DNA of 33,731 nt from Gemmatimonadota bacterium (lineage in GTDB: Bacteria > Latescibacterota > UBA2968 > UBA8231): the NCBI GenBank assembly GCA_038153405.1, contig JAYOYH010000042.1, positions 1-33,731 of the forward strand, given 5' to 3'. Below, piece by piece: positions 1 through 8,721 of this stretch (the first letter of the stretch is position 1; each line of letters begins with the position of its first letter). The translations under genes were made by a program, and so were the position numbers. The notes beneath the pieces are model-generated. The model had not been told where the DNA came from, made no database searches, and saw nothing but the letters and a program-made list of their open reading frames with translations.

Positions 1-47
1 GACTTTTAATCCGTTGGTCGTGGGTTCGATTCCCACCGGGCTCGCCA
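1..47 (+). tRNA. tRNA-Lys(UUU), 3' part only (5' end outside window)
   Basis: Anticodon loop CTTTTAA (3-9), T-arm GTGGG-TTCGATT-CCCAC, 3' acceptor strand ending in encoded CCA at 45-47. Confidence 0.93.
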
Positions 48-50
48 TTT

Positions 51-88
51 AAAAAAGCCACTTATTACAATTGATAAGTGGCTTTTTT
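51..88 (+). terminator. Rho-independent terminator after the tRNA
   Basis: Inverted repeat AAAAAAGCCACTTAT / ATAAGTGGCTTTTTT with T-tract. Confidence 0.85.
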
Positions 89-441
89 GTTGCAAAATTA
101 TTAGGAGATAACAACTGTAGCTTTTGTCGTATCGATATTCTATCCGCCTCCTTTAACCACGGCAAATTATCCAGGATTGATGTGCGTTTCGATGATTTCT
201 AATATTGTTCGTTAAACAATTTGGCAAGATATGGTGCTGGTCTAGATCCCGTTCGGCGTTATGTCCAATTTCTGCCACGAGAATGCGGATTCTTAATCAA
301 TCTCACTTTTCTTAAGATCCCCAAAATCTGTAATTTACAGGGGAAATGCCGCACTTTCTTCAATCTTTTGCAGAAATTCCATAATCACTGGTATGCGTAT
401 CGATTCCTGCCGCCTATTCGTTTGCTGATCGTACCGCAATC

Positions 442-473
442 CCTTACCTTTAAGTAAGGAATAAAAGTAAGGA
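442..473 (+). promoter_or_regulatory. Putative autoregulatory operator of the TA operon
   Basis: Inverted repeat CCTTAC-N6-GTAAGG (442-459) and direct repeat AAGTAAGGA (452-460, 465-473). The second copy overlaps the AAGGAG RBS. Confidence 0.5.
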
Positions 474-484
474 GATAGGCATAG

Positions 485-718
485 ATGCTTTCGACGTTGA
501 CGAGCAAGGGGCAAATTACGGTGCCGAGTGCTATCCGCAAGCAACTCAAATTGCAACCGGGGGATCGACTCGATTTTGTTCTCCGCGAAGATGGGCATAT
601 TGAAGTCGTCCCGGTGCGTGGTAGTATCACTATGCTCAAGGGGTGCGTACCCAAACCCAAGCGGCCTGTGCCGCTAGAAGAAATGGACGCAGCTATTGCT
701 GAGGGGAGCGGTGCGTGA
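485..718 (+). CDS. vapB: AbrB/MazE/SpoVT-family DNA-binding antitoxin (VapB-type)
   Basis: STLTSKGQITVPSAIRKQLKLQPGDRLDF swapped-hairpin signature; RBS; GTGA overlap with the PIN gene. Confidence 0.9.
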   Translation: MLSTLTSKGQITVPSAIRKQLKLQPGDRLDFVLREDGHIEVVPVRGSITMLKGCVPKPKRPVPLEEMDAAIAEGSGA

Positions 719-1116
719 TTGGGATTGACACCAATGTGCTGGTCCGCTATATCGTTCAGGACGAACCCAAACAAGCACGTGCGGCAACGGCATTTATAGA
801 GAGTACGTGCACCGCAGAAGAACCTGGACGAATCTGTTTAGTAGTCCTCTGCGAACTTTCTTGGGTATTGGCTAGAGCGTATCACTATGAACGCGATGCG
901 ATAGGACACGTGTTAGAAGTGCTGCTGACAGCGGCAGAACTTGAGGTCGAACAGTCAGCCATGGCTTGGCGTGCACTGCGCGATTATCGGATAGGGCCTG
1001 CCGAGTTCGCCGACTACATTATTGCCCATCTGAATAGCTCAGCCGCAGCTGAATATACGATTACGCTAGATCGCAAGGCGGCGCGGCATGCTCTATTTCG
1101 GGAACTGCCATTGTAA
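715..1116 (+). CDS. vapC: PIN-domain toxin (VapC-type)
   Basis: IGIDTNVLVR, VLCEL, FADYII and TLDR supply the acidic PIN residues; 133 aa; coupled to the antitoxin. Confidence 0.92.
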   Translation: MIGIDTNVLVRYIVQDEPKQARAATAFIESTCTAEEPGRICLVVLCELSWVLARAYHYERDAIGHVLEVLLTAAELEVEQSAMAWRALRDYRIGPAEFADYIIAHLNSSAAAEYTITLDRKAARHALFRELPL

Positions 1117-1128
1117 ATAGGGTGCTAT

Positions 1129-1227
1129 AAGTTGGGCACCGACGATCCGTTTAAATCGGGCCATCGCCGTTTCGACCAATGATCGTCGATGATCGCCACG
1201 GTGCTTTTTCCACGCCTTGCTTCTTCT
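1129..1227 (-). pseudogene. IS5-family (IS903-like) transposase C-terminal fragment
   Basis: Manual minus-strand translation RRSKAWKKHRGDHRRSLVETAMARFKRIVGAQL matches the WKK..GYHRRSL.ETAM.RFK motif. No start codon or N-terminal part. Confidence 0.75.
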
Positions 1228-1285
1228 TTTCGTCTTCTCGGCCACGCGCTGATTACGCGCTTCTATATATAGGTAGCGTCGGTGG

Positions 1286-1518
1286 CTTTTTCAGCCATTG
1301 CTGGATTTTCTGGGCGATAAACTGCATACCGTTATCGCTGCGGATGTGCTGGGGATACCGTACGTGGTCATGGTTTACCAAAGGGTGGCTAACACCTGCT
1401 CATAGCGCAACGGACGCTCGACACGGATAGCTAACCTGTGGCGGGTATACTCGTCTAACATCGTCAGCATTTTGAGTGTGCTGCCTTGGTCGGTTCAATC
1501 GAATATGAAGTCCCATGT
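1286..1518 (-). pseudogene. IS3-family transposase (rve core) remnant
   Basis: Manual translation TWDFIFD*TDQGSTLKMLTMLDEYTR...LW*TMTTYGIP / PQHIRSDNGMQFIAQKIQQWLKK. Stops at 1495-1497 and 1375-1377; frameshift near 1352. Confidence 0.85.
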
Positions 1519-1703
1519 CCTTATTAGAGAACTCTCGCTACTCTTCGGATACTCTTTTCGAGTGCTATGATGTGTCTGGTGAATGCACAGATGTGTTTGG
1601 CTTATATTCGGCAGATATTTTACTAGAGTAATGCTTTGATTTGCAGGGCGTTGTACGGTTTCTAACTCGGGATTGCTTGTATTTAGACAGAGTTCCCCCG
1701 ACT

Positions 1704-1726
1704 TTCAATTCCCGCCGGGCTCACCA
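1704..1726 (+). repeat. Degenerate direct repeat of the tRNA-Lys 3' end (att-like)
   Basis: TTCAATTCCCGCCGGGCTCACCA versus TTCGATTCCCACCGGGCTCGCCA (25-47): 3 mismatches in 23. Confidence 0.8.
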
Positions 1727-1831
1727 TTAAAATATGGCAATTTTTGCGGCGCTTTTTAGATTGAGTCTAATCTTTAACGAGCGCTCTTTTTGCTCATATA
1801 GGTCTGGTTGAAATGGGAAAGGCTGGCGATT

Positions 1832-3886
1832 ATGGAACGCATAAGCCGAATTATCGAACACTGGACGCTGCCGACGGCCGATCAAATACTCGACCACGTT
1901 CGTCGAGCGCAAATCCAAATCGTGCAGGTGGGCAATTTTGGTTTGGACTTTTACTCGGTGGCCGAAGACGCAGAGATCGCGCGCTCTTGGGCAGGCATGC
2001 CGCTGCATGGCATTCGCGCCAACTTGGCATTGGCGGCTGAAGTCATTCCGCAGATCCAGGCGGCCGGTGCCCGCGTCGTCGGGCAATTGTCGACAACGAT
2101 GCACTTTGGCGACCACGAGAAGAGATTGGGACTGTTCGGTGATGCATGGGGCGCGATGTGGGCAGACGAAGTGTTGGGGGCGGCCCCGTGTCTGGGCATT
2201 GAACAGGCATCGCAGCGCCAGGCCGATGGATCGCTGGTCTGGCGCACGATTGCGGGACGACCCTACCGGACCTACCGCGGGTGCATGTGCAATCCGCACT
2301 GGGGGGAGATCCTCAGAGCCATGGTGCGCAAAGGGCTCGAAGTGGGTTTGGACGGCTTTAATGCTACCCATCACTACGAATCGTTTTGTCGGTGTAGCTA
2401 CTGTTGCGACTGGGCCTGCTCGTATCTAAGCCCGCGGTTAAGCCGTGCAGAATGCGCTCAATTATACGGACGGGATCAGCTAGATACCATCGATCCCTTT
2501 GCGCCGCTCGCGGTCTGCCCTGAACCTCTGCGACAGCGGCTTGAATTGATGCTTGCCCAGGGAGCGGGGCTGCGCCGCAAGGAGTCGTTTGATGAGGTCT
2601 TCGCAACCTATGGGCGTTCGCTAAAAACCGGTCTGCTGCTGGCGCAGTGGAACCACAAATACGATTTCAGGCCGCACGACGAACGCAGCCTGCTCCCAGC
2701 CGAACTGTGGGCAAAGGGGGAGGATTACATCTGGTATAGCCAGGGCCCCAACAAGTGGGGCAGCGATCTAGCTCGAGGGTATTTGGCCGATATGGGCCTA
2801 CCGTCACGCTTTATATACGCGGCGGGTCAGGGACGCCCCTTTGTTATAAACAAGTATGACTATCGCCGCTGGCGAATTTGGGCTGGGGAGGCCATGGCCC
2901 ATCACGGCGCGGCGATTGCCTTTCACGCGGGGCCGCCCCGCTTGGAACAAGAAGAGATGGGCCGCGTTGCCCCAGAGGACTATTACGGCCCCGTTATACG
3001 CTACCAGCGCTTTATGGCCGAACACGAGGCGCTGCTCCACCCCGCGACGCCATATTCGCAAGTGGCCTTGGTCTATCCGCGCCGCGCTGAAATGCAGGCC
3101 GAAATGGACTGCCTCGATGGGTTAAAGAGGCTGGGGCACCTACTGGAAGACGACCACTGGCTATTCGATATCATACTCGATGAACAACTGCTCGAGCGAG
3201 CCAATACCTACCCCGCGCTGATTTTGCCCGGAATTGCGCGACTAAGCGAGGAGGAAGGGCAGCATATACGCGCTTATGTCGAGGCGGGAGGCACGTTGGT
3301 ATACACCGGTGCGACGGGATGCTCTAACGAAGACGGGGTGCCCTATGAACGCTCTTTGCTACGCGCTTTACAGCCCGATGGGCCGCCGGGTGCCATTGGC
3401 GGGCATAAGGCGTGGGGCCGCGGCCGAGTGCTCTATTTGGCCGACGGGCCCTGGCAGCCGGAGCGCGTGGCCTTGGGGGGGACAATCGGCGCAGAGATGC
3501 CGACCTTTCCCATGCTCGAGGTCGATTCCTTCGGTAAAAACTTTCTACGCGAACTATCGAACTGTGTCGGTCCGGCTTGGCTCAGTGTGGACGCCCCCCC
3601 GTATGTGCGCGTGCGGGCCTGGTGGGTCGAATCGGGCCATGCCTTGGTGATTCATTGGATCAATTATATGCAAGACGAGGCTGCGGCCATCGAAGTGCCC
3701 ATCCCCGTCGGGCCTTTTACTGTGCAGTGCAGGTTGCCGGATGGGTCCATCGCGGAGCGCGTCGAGTGGCGCTACCCGGAAATGCGCGCACCGCAAGAGG
3801 TCGATTTCGCTATGCGCGGGCAGCGGGTGAGCTTCACTCTGGAGCGGCTTATTGCCTACGGGATGAGTATTGTGTATCTGCGCTAG
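1832..3886 (+). CDS. Uncharacterised glycoside-hydrolase-like protein (TIM barrel plus beta-galactosidase-trimerisation/GATase-like domain)
   Basis: Long ORF with CMCNPHW, FCRCSYCC, VALVYP, YPALILPG..LS, YVEAGGTLVYTG and WGRGRVLY motifs, typical of GH42/GHL-like architecture. ATG at 1832 preferred over TTG at 1808. Confidence 0.6.
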   Translation: MERISRIIEHWTLPTADQILDHVRRAQIQIVQVGNFGLDFYSVAEDAEIARSWAGMPLHGIRANLALAAEVIPQIQAAGARVVGQLSTTMHFGDHEKRLGLFGDAWGAMWADEVLGAAPCLGIEQASQRQADGSLVWRTIAGRPYRTYRGCMCNPHWGEILRAMVRKGLEVGLDGFNATHHYESFCRCSYCCDWACSYLSPRLSRAECAQLYGRDQLDTIDPFAPLAVCPEPLRQRLELMLAQGAGLRRKESFDEVFATYGRSLKTGLLLAQWNHKYDFRPHDERSLLPAELWAKGEDYIWYSQGPNKWGSDLARGYLADMGLPSRFIYAAGQGRPFVINKYDYRRWRIWAGEAMAHHGAAIAFHAGPPRLEQEEMGRVAPEDYYGPVIRYQRFMAEHEALLHPATPYSQVALVYPRRAEMQAEMDCLDGLKRLGHLLEDDHWLFDIILDEQLLERANTYPALILPGIARLSEEEGQHIRAYVEAGGTLVYTGATGCSNEDGVPYERSLLRALQPDGPPGAIGGHKAWGRGRVLYLADGPWQPERVALGGTIGAEMPTFPMLEVDSFGKNFLRELSNCVGPAWLSVDAPPYVRVRAWWVESGHALVIHWINYMQDEAAAIEVPIPVGPFTVQCRLPDGSIAERVEWRYPEMRAPQEVDFAMRGQRVSFTLERLIAYGMSIVYLR

Positions 3887-3924
3887 CGGCGTCCTATTTA
3901 TTCCAGTCACATATACCCTTAACA

Positions 3925-5175
3925 TTAGGCCTTAGCATTCTCCAGTACCGCACCGTCGCGCTCAATGCCCTCCACTATAGCGCGAAATTGGTCCGAGCCG
4001 TCATCGTCCCAGTACTGCGTTTTCAGCGGAGCACAAAAGCTGAGAGGCATCAATGAGCGGCTCCAGTCCGGGCGCACCATAAAGTGGGGATTGCTCGGGT
4101 CGGGTCGCGTGTACAGTTTGCTGCCGTTAGCATAGGTGGATTTGAGAACAAACACCGGTTTGGCGGGCGGGTCGATGCGTTCGAGGCGCTCAACCGCATC
4201 CATATCGAGCTCAATGCCCAACCCTGGCTTTTCGGACACGCGGATTGAGCCGTTGATGGGGTTGAGCGGTTCGGTGACAAAGCGCGCGGAGGAGACTTCG
4301 GTGGTCGCATTGACGAAGTGGAAGTGGGCCGAGGGGAACGCCGCCATCATATGCACGGTCATCGCGCGAGTAATATCGCTGCCGGTATTTTGCAACATAA
4401 AGGGGCTGTTGCTCGCGGCAAATAGGCCGGCCCTGCGCACTGCATCGCCAATCTTGGAGTGGCCCAGCATATAAGCATCAGCGGGACGGCGCAGCACCTC
4501 GTAGGTGGCCGCCGTGGGAAAGTGGTGCAAAACAATGGGACGACGCGCACGTTGGCGCAGTTCAATATATCCGTCGATATCCTCGCCGGGAAGCGGGTCC
4601 TCAAAACAGCCGGCTATTTCGTATTCTGATAGCTGATCTAATAGGCTTGGCATGTGGTCTTCGGTGCCGTGCATAGTAAAGTCGTAGTGTATCTTGAAGC
4701 CCGGTGGGGCCACGGCCTGCATGGCTTCCGTTTGGTCGAAGACATTTTCAAAAGGCGAGAGGTGAAACTTCATCCAGCGATGGCCGCGTTGCGCATAGGT
4801 TTGAACGGCTTTGGCCATGCGGTCTGGGTGCGTGCTTACGGTCCAGGCCGATACGGAAACCCACGAGCGCTGCTTCTGCCCAAACAGCTTATAGACGGGC
4901 ACGCCGGCCGCCTTACCCATCAAATCATACATGGCAGTGCCCAGGCCCAGCGAAGTCTGGTCACCAACCCAGTCGAAGGGATTAGTGCCGATATAGCGGT
5001 TTAGTATTTCCGGCTTTTCGACGCCCTCTGATTCTCCAAGCCCCGTGAGCCCATTGTCGGTGCGTGCAATGTAAATCGTGCGCTGCGTAAGATCGGGATA
5101 GCGCGAGAGTTCGTCTGCCCGGTCGGGATCATAGGGGAGCGTCACGCTGCGGATGTCGATATCGATAACTTTCAT
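3925..5175 (-). CDS. Mandelate racemase/muconate lactonizing enzyme (enolase superfamily)
   Basis: TDNGLTGLGE, AMYDLMGKAAGVPVYKLFG, FEDP and KPGLGIELD motifs. Confidence 0.9.
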   Translation of the reverse strand: MKVIDIDIRSVTLPYDPDRADELSRYPDLTQRTIYIARTDNGLTGLGESEGVEKPEILNRYIGTNPFDWVGDQTSLGLGTAMYDLMGKAAGVPVYKLFGQKQRSWVSVSAWTVSTHPDRMAKAVQTYAQRGHRWMKFHLSPFENVFDQTEAMQAVAPPGFKIHYDFTMHGTEDHMPSLLDQLSEYEIAGCFEDPLPGEDIDGYIELRQRARRPIVLHHFPTAATYEVLRRPADAYMLGHSKIGDAVRRAGLFAASNSPFMLQNTGSDITRAMTVHMMAAFPSAHFHFVNATTEVSSARFVTEPLNPINGSIRVSEKPGLGIELDMDAVERLERIDPPAKPVFVLKSTYANGSKLYTRPDPSNPHFMVRPDWSRSLMPLSFCAPLKTQYWDDDGSDQFRAIVEGIERDGAVLENAKA

Positions 5176-5398
5176 CGGGCTATAACCTCATAATGGCGTG
5201 GTCATAAACGGTTTAGAGCCGATTTTCCACGTGGGTTTGCGCATAGTATACGGGTCAGCTATGAGCCTAACCAGAGAAATCGACCCGGGGTATGCTATTG
5301 GCTCAGGATTTTTTATATTACATCTGACAAGTTTTCCATATATTAGCCAAAGTGTATCCTTTTTTAGGCAAAACTAATTCTAACCCACAGGTGGTAGA

Positions 5399-6418
5399 AT
5401 GAGTCGAATTCTGTGTACATTTTTGTTGGCCATAGGAACAGGAGCGGTTGCATCTGTAGCCGATGTCGGCGACAATTTTCGCTACTCGGCCGATGTGAGT
5501 TCGCGCTTTGTGAAAATGGGTGAGAGTGACCCCATGCAGTTGGCTTTTGTCGGTGTAGATCTTCACAAAATATTTTCATCGACGCGACGTGACCTCGTTA
5601 CCTTTACGCTACAGCCCTACGTGGCCTTTGTGCGCAACGGTCCGGCAGGGTGGGATAAGCCTCCGCGCAAGCATCCCATTTTTGACGGGTCATCCGATTG
5701 GGGGATGCAGTGGCGCGTTTTCAATGCAAACTTCAAACTGATGCAAAACGGACTGTTGAACCTTCGCCTTGGACATATCGAAGTTCCCTTTGGCATTGAG
5801 CACATTATTCCCACTAATGGCACGGCTTTGAATTATGCCCATCAGGCCAATTGGGTCGGTATTAAAGCGGATTGGGGCGCTTCGCTCAACGGGGTTTGGA
5901 GGGGCTACGAATACGAGGTGGCCGCCCTTCGCGGCTCTGGAAACCGCTACGCAAGCGAGGCCTTAACGGGCGAGAGTCCCTTCTTTGTCAGCGGGCGTTT
6001 CGGGTCGGATCGCAGTGCCGACTTTGTCTGGGGACTAAGTCTATTGAATGGCACACTGCTAACGCCATCGGATGGGGCCGTTGAGCGCACGCGGTATGCG
6101 CTGGATCTGCAGTACTATTATGGTGCGTTTGGAGCCATTGGCGAATTCGCCTTGGGTACGGGTTTTGGTGGGCCCCCTGCAAATGATTCGGACGTGCGCC
6201 AATTCATTGCAGAATTCAACTGGCGAACGCCGCGCGAGACGGTGCTAGCCTGGGTGCAGGTAGTCGATCGGAGCGTAGATAAATCCACTTCGCGCGCCGC
6301 GCTGATAGGAGCAGAATGGCTACTGTTGCGCAGAGTTACTGCTTCCGCCCAACTCACCCGCCATATGGAACCAATCACAAGCAACGACTTTCTGTTGCAA
6401 CTCCGATATAGGTATTAA
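5399..6418 (+). CDS. Putative outer-membrane beta-barrel (porin-like) protein of unknown function
   Basis: N-terminal signal peptide, amphipathic strands, NLRLGHIEVPFG motif like OprO/P-type barrels, C-terminal QLRYRY aromatic terminus. Confidence 0.6.
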   Translation: MSRILCTFLLAIGTGAVASVADVGDNFRYSADVSSRFVKMGESDPMQLAFVGVDLHKIFSSTRRDLVTFTLQPYVAFVRNGPAGWDKPPRKHPIFDGSSDWGMQWRVFNANFKLMQNGLLNLRLGHIEVPFGIEHIIPTNGTALNYAHQANWVGIKADWGASLNGVWRGYEYEVAALRGSGNRYASEALTGESPFFVSGRFGSDRSADFVWGLSLLNGTLLTPSDGAVERTRYALDLQYYYGAFGAIGEFALGTGFGGPPANDSDVRQFIAEFNWRTPRETVLAWVQVVDRSVDKSTSRAALIGAEWLLLRRVTASAQLTRHMEPITSNDFLLQLRYRY

Positions 6419-6421
6419 GCC

Positions 6422-7036
6422 ATGGTACGATTGATCACCTGCACTTTTATCGCTTTAGCGCTGCACGTTCCTCAAGCGGTTGCCCTCGATCAGGCCTTTT
6501 GTGCCCTACGCGATCCGGATACTGAAATTTTTTCTCTTTTCCCGGCCGGCGATTCCTATCGCTCCATCGTCAACGATATATCCAACAAAGAGATCAGCGA
6601 ACGGATTGCCCGCCAACTGGGCACGCCGTTGCACTTTAGTGAACTGGGTAAACACACGGTGTACGTAGTGTATACGGGAGAAACGCCTATTGGGCTAGTC
6701 CATGCCCGACCGGAATTGGGCAAATGGGGTATCGTAGAAATCGCCTGGGCGCTAGACCTCGATTTAACCATAAAAGACTTCGCATTTATGCGGTGCCGAG
6801 ATCGCTCGAAAAAAGCGTTCCAGGGCGAGTCGGCGGCACGAGAAATTTTTCTGCATGCAAACATTGATAGTTTACGGGATAAAATGGTGCAAGGGGCCTT
6901 TGCTTTAGACAGCACCAAGGTCACCGTTCCCGATCATGCCACCGAATTGGCCAATACGCTGTTGCTCAATGCGTTGAAAACCCTCGTTGTTACACAGGTT
7001 GCCTGGGGGGAAGAGATCGCCCGACTGAAGCCGTAA
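6422..7036 (+). CDS. Secreted/periplasmic hypothetical protein, FMN_bind-like resemblance
   Basis: Signal peptide (..QAVA). LFP..D.Y, G.VH...E.GKWG..EIAWALD.DL.I pattern resembles RnfG/FMN_bind-like folds. Starts 3 bp after the barrel gene. Confidence 0.5.
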   Translation: MVRLITCTFIALALHVPQAVALDQAFCALRDPDTEIFSLFPAGDSYRSIVNDISNKEISERIARQLGTPLHFSELGKHTVYVVYTGETPIGLVHARPELGKWGIVEIAWALDLDLTIKDFAFMRCRDRSKKAFQGESAAREIFLHANIDSLRDKMVQGAFALDSTKVTVPDHATELANTLLLNALKTLVVTQVAWGEEIARLKP

Positions 7037-7148
7037 TTAGCGTACTGTAGGTCTCTGCTCCCCATTTGTATTTAAGGCGGCGCGCAAATTAGTTTTTCTA
7101 TCCTCGTCTCGCGTCGTTTGTGAATTTTTCCATGGGAAATGCATTATT

Positions 7149-8624
7149 GTGCGCTTTCGCATAAGTCAGTACGTCGCTCTGCAGAGTATTGTCCAAGTCG
7201 CTCTGAGCTTGTTAATGATCGGGTTTGTTCAGTGGCATTTGTTTAAGATTCTCGATTACGGCGATGTCATTGACGATGATCAGCAAACGCTCTTGGTGCT
7301 GCAAGAGTATGGCAGTACCATGTCAAATGCACTGCTCGTGGCCGATTTAGTGCTGTCAGGCGGGAATACCTACCTGATTAAAATCGTCTACGATTACGTC
7401 GAGCAGTCCAATGGGCTACTTGCCACTCTTCAACAAAGCCCCATTTATCCGATCGACCTTCAGTCCGTGTCGCCCCAATCTGACTTCAGCATAGTAAATG
7501 AGACTATACGCGAATTTACTACGGTCCGTAATGCTGTAGATAATTCGTCTGCGATCAGTCTAATCAGGTCAAACACACAGCAACGAGCCTATGACGATGC
7601 CACAGAGAGGCTAGTAGAACATTACGATGCCATGTATGAGCAAATGATTAAGACCGCAAACGATCGCAAAACATACGAGAAGGACCTCTGGGATCAGTTT
7701 TTTCTACTTACTGGCGCCACCATTCTCGGGCTTTTGGTATTGATTTTTATTAGTTGGTACGCGCAAACGCGAAAACTCGCCCGGCCCATTATGAGGCTTA
7801 AGGAAAACGCTGAGTCGGCGATAAAAAATGGTTTTTTTTCCAGTGTATCGATTGATATTGAGGAAATGGACCAACTCCGTGCCAACTTCGAAAAGCTGAT
7901 CGCTCAACTGATGGCTGGGCAAAGAGTAGTTGAAGCCCGATCGAAAGATTTGGTCGATGCCAATACTCTCCTGAAGGGTTCGCTCGCAGAAAAAGATGTT
8001 CTGCTTAAAGAGATCCACCATCGCGTTAAGAATAATCTACAGATTATTTCGAGCATGTTAAGTCTACAGGCCATGGAGACCAAAGGGGAACGCGATCGGC
8101 AGTTATTTCTCAATAGCCAGAATCGAGTTCAAACGATGGCGCTTATTCACGAGCGTCTGTATCAGTCTGACGATATGTCTCAAGTCGATTTCTCCGATTA
8201 CATTCCATCATTAGCTGAAAATATTTTCAAATCGTATAAGGCTACAGATCAACACATTGAACTCTGCGTAGAAGTCGCAGACATCAAACTTGAACTGGAT
8301 CAGGCCATTCCCTGTGGGCTCATGATAAATGAAATGGTGACAAACTCGTTGAAATATGCCTTTCCCGATGAGCGCAGTGGCCATATTCGCATTGCCCTTA
8401 ATTGCACTGAAGACGAGAGGGTAGTGCTTAAAGTATCCGATGATGGAGTAGGTCTGCCTGCAGAATTCGAAGAAAAAAAATCGAGTAAACTCGGTCTACA
8501 GTTGATCCGCATACTCACGCGCCAACTGCGCGGAACATTGGATATCAATGGCTCCCAAGGGGGGACTCGCTACGTGATAACGTTCCCTTTGTTATTGCAA
8601 AGAGCTGTGAAAAGATTAGTATAG
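7149..8624 (+). CDS. Membrane sensor histidine kinase, HisKA_2 type
   Basis: Two TM segments around a periplasmic domain, HAMP-like linker, LLKEIHHRVKNNLQ H-box, NEMVTNSLKYAF N-box, SDDGVG G1, LGLQLI. Confidence 0.93.
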   Translation: MRFRISQYVALQSIVQVALSLLMIGFVQWHLFKILDYGDVIDDDQQTLLVLQEYGSTMSNALLVADLVLSGGNTYLIKIVYDYVEQSNGLLATLQQSPIYPIDLQSVSPQSDFSIVNETIREFTTVRNAVDNSSAISLIRSNTQQRAYDDATERLVEHYDAMYEQMIKTANDRKTYEKDLWDQFFLLTGATILGLLVLIFISWYAQTRKLARPIMRLKENAESAIKNGFFSSVSIDIEEMDQLRANFEKLIAQLMAGQRVVEARSKDLVDANTLLKGSLAEKDVLLKEIHHRVKNNLQIISSMLSLQAMETKGERDRQLFLNSQNRVQTMALIHERLYQSDDMSQVDFSDYIPSLAENIFKSYKATDQHIELCVEVADIKLELDQAIPCGLMINEMVTNSLKYAFPDERSGHIRIALNCTEDERVVLKVSDDGVGLPAEFEEKKSSKLGLQLIRILTRQLRGTLDINGSQGGTRYVITFPLLLQRAVKRLV

Positions 8625-8679
8625 GCAGCTGATCGCCTACGACCCTGTTCAACAGAGGGTGAACTCACCGGTGTCCGAT

Positions 8680-8721
8680 CGCGCCGCAGCAAGTGCCATA
8701 TACTTGTTGCGGCGCGTTTTT
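8680..8721 (+). terminator. Rho-independent terminator after the kinase
   Basis: CGCGCCGCAGCAAGT / ACTTGTTGCGGCGCG stem followed by TTTTT. Confidence 0.8.

Larger units (their letters stand above)
25..1726. mobile_element. Decayed tRNA-Lys-anchored genomic islet (TA module plus IS remnants, no integrase seen)
   Basis: Bounded by the tRNA 3' end (25-47) and a 20/23 identical copy (1704-1726). More AT-rich by eye than downstream genes. Cargo is vapBC plus transposase fragments. Confidence 0.7.

Noticed and set aside
221..774. ORFs 221-457 (+), 335-598 (-) and 385-774 (-)
   Set aside because: No recognisable motifs; two are antisense to the clear vapB gene.
1179..1430. 83-aa plus-strand ORF
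   Set aside because: Shadow of the minus-strand transposase remnants.
48..1703. Active integrative element or prophage
   Set aside because: No integrase, phage or conjugation gene within the att-bounded segment.
8622..8661. Two small hairpins before the terminator as a possible riboswitch or sRNA
   Set aside because: Short imperfect stems with no family motif I recognise; an Rfam/Infernal scan would be needed.
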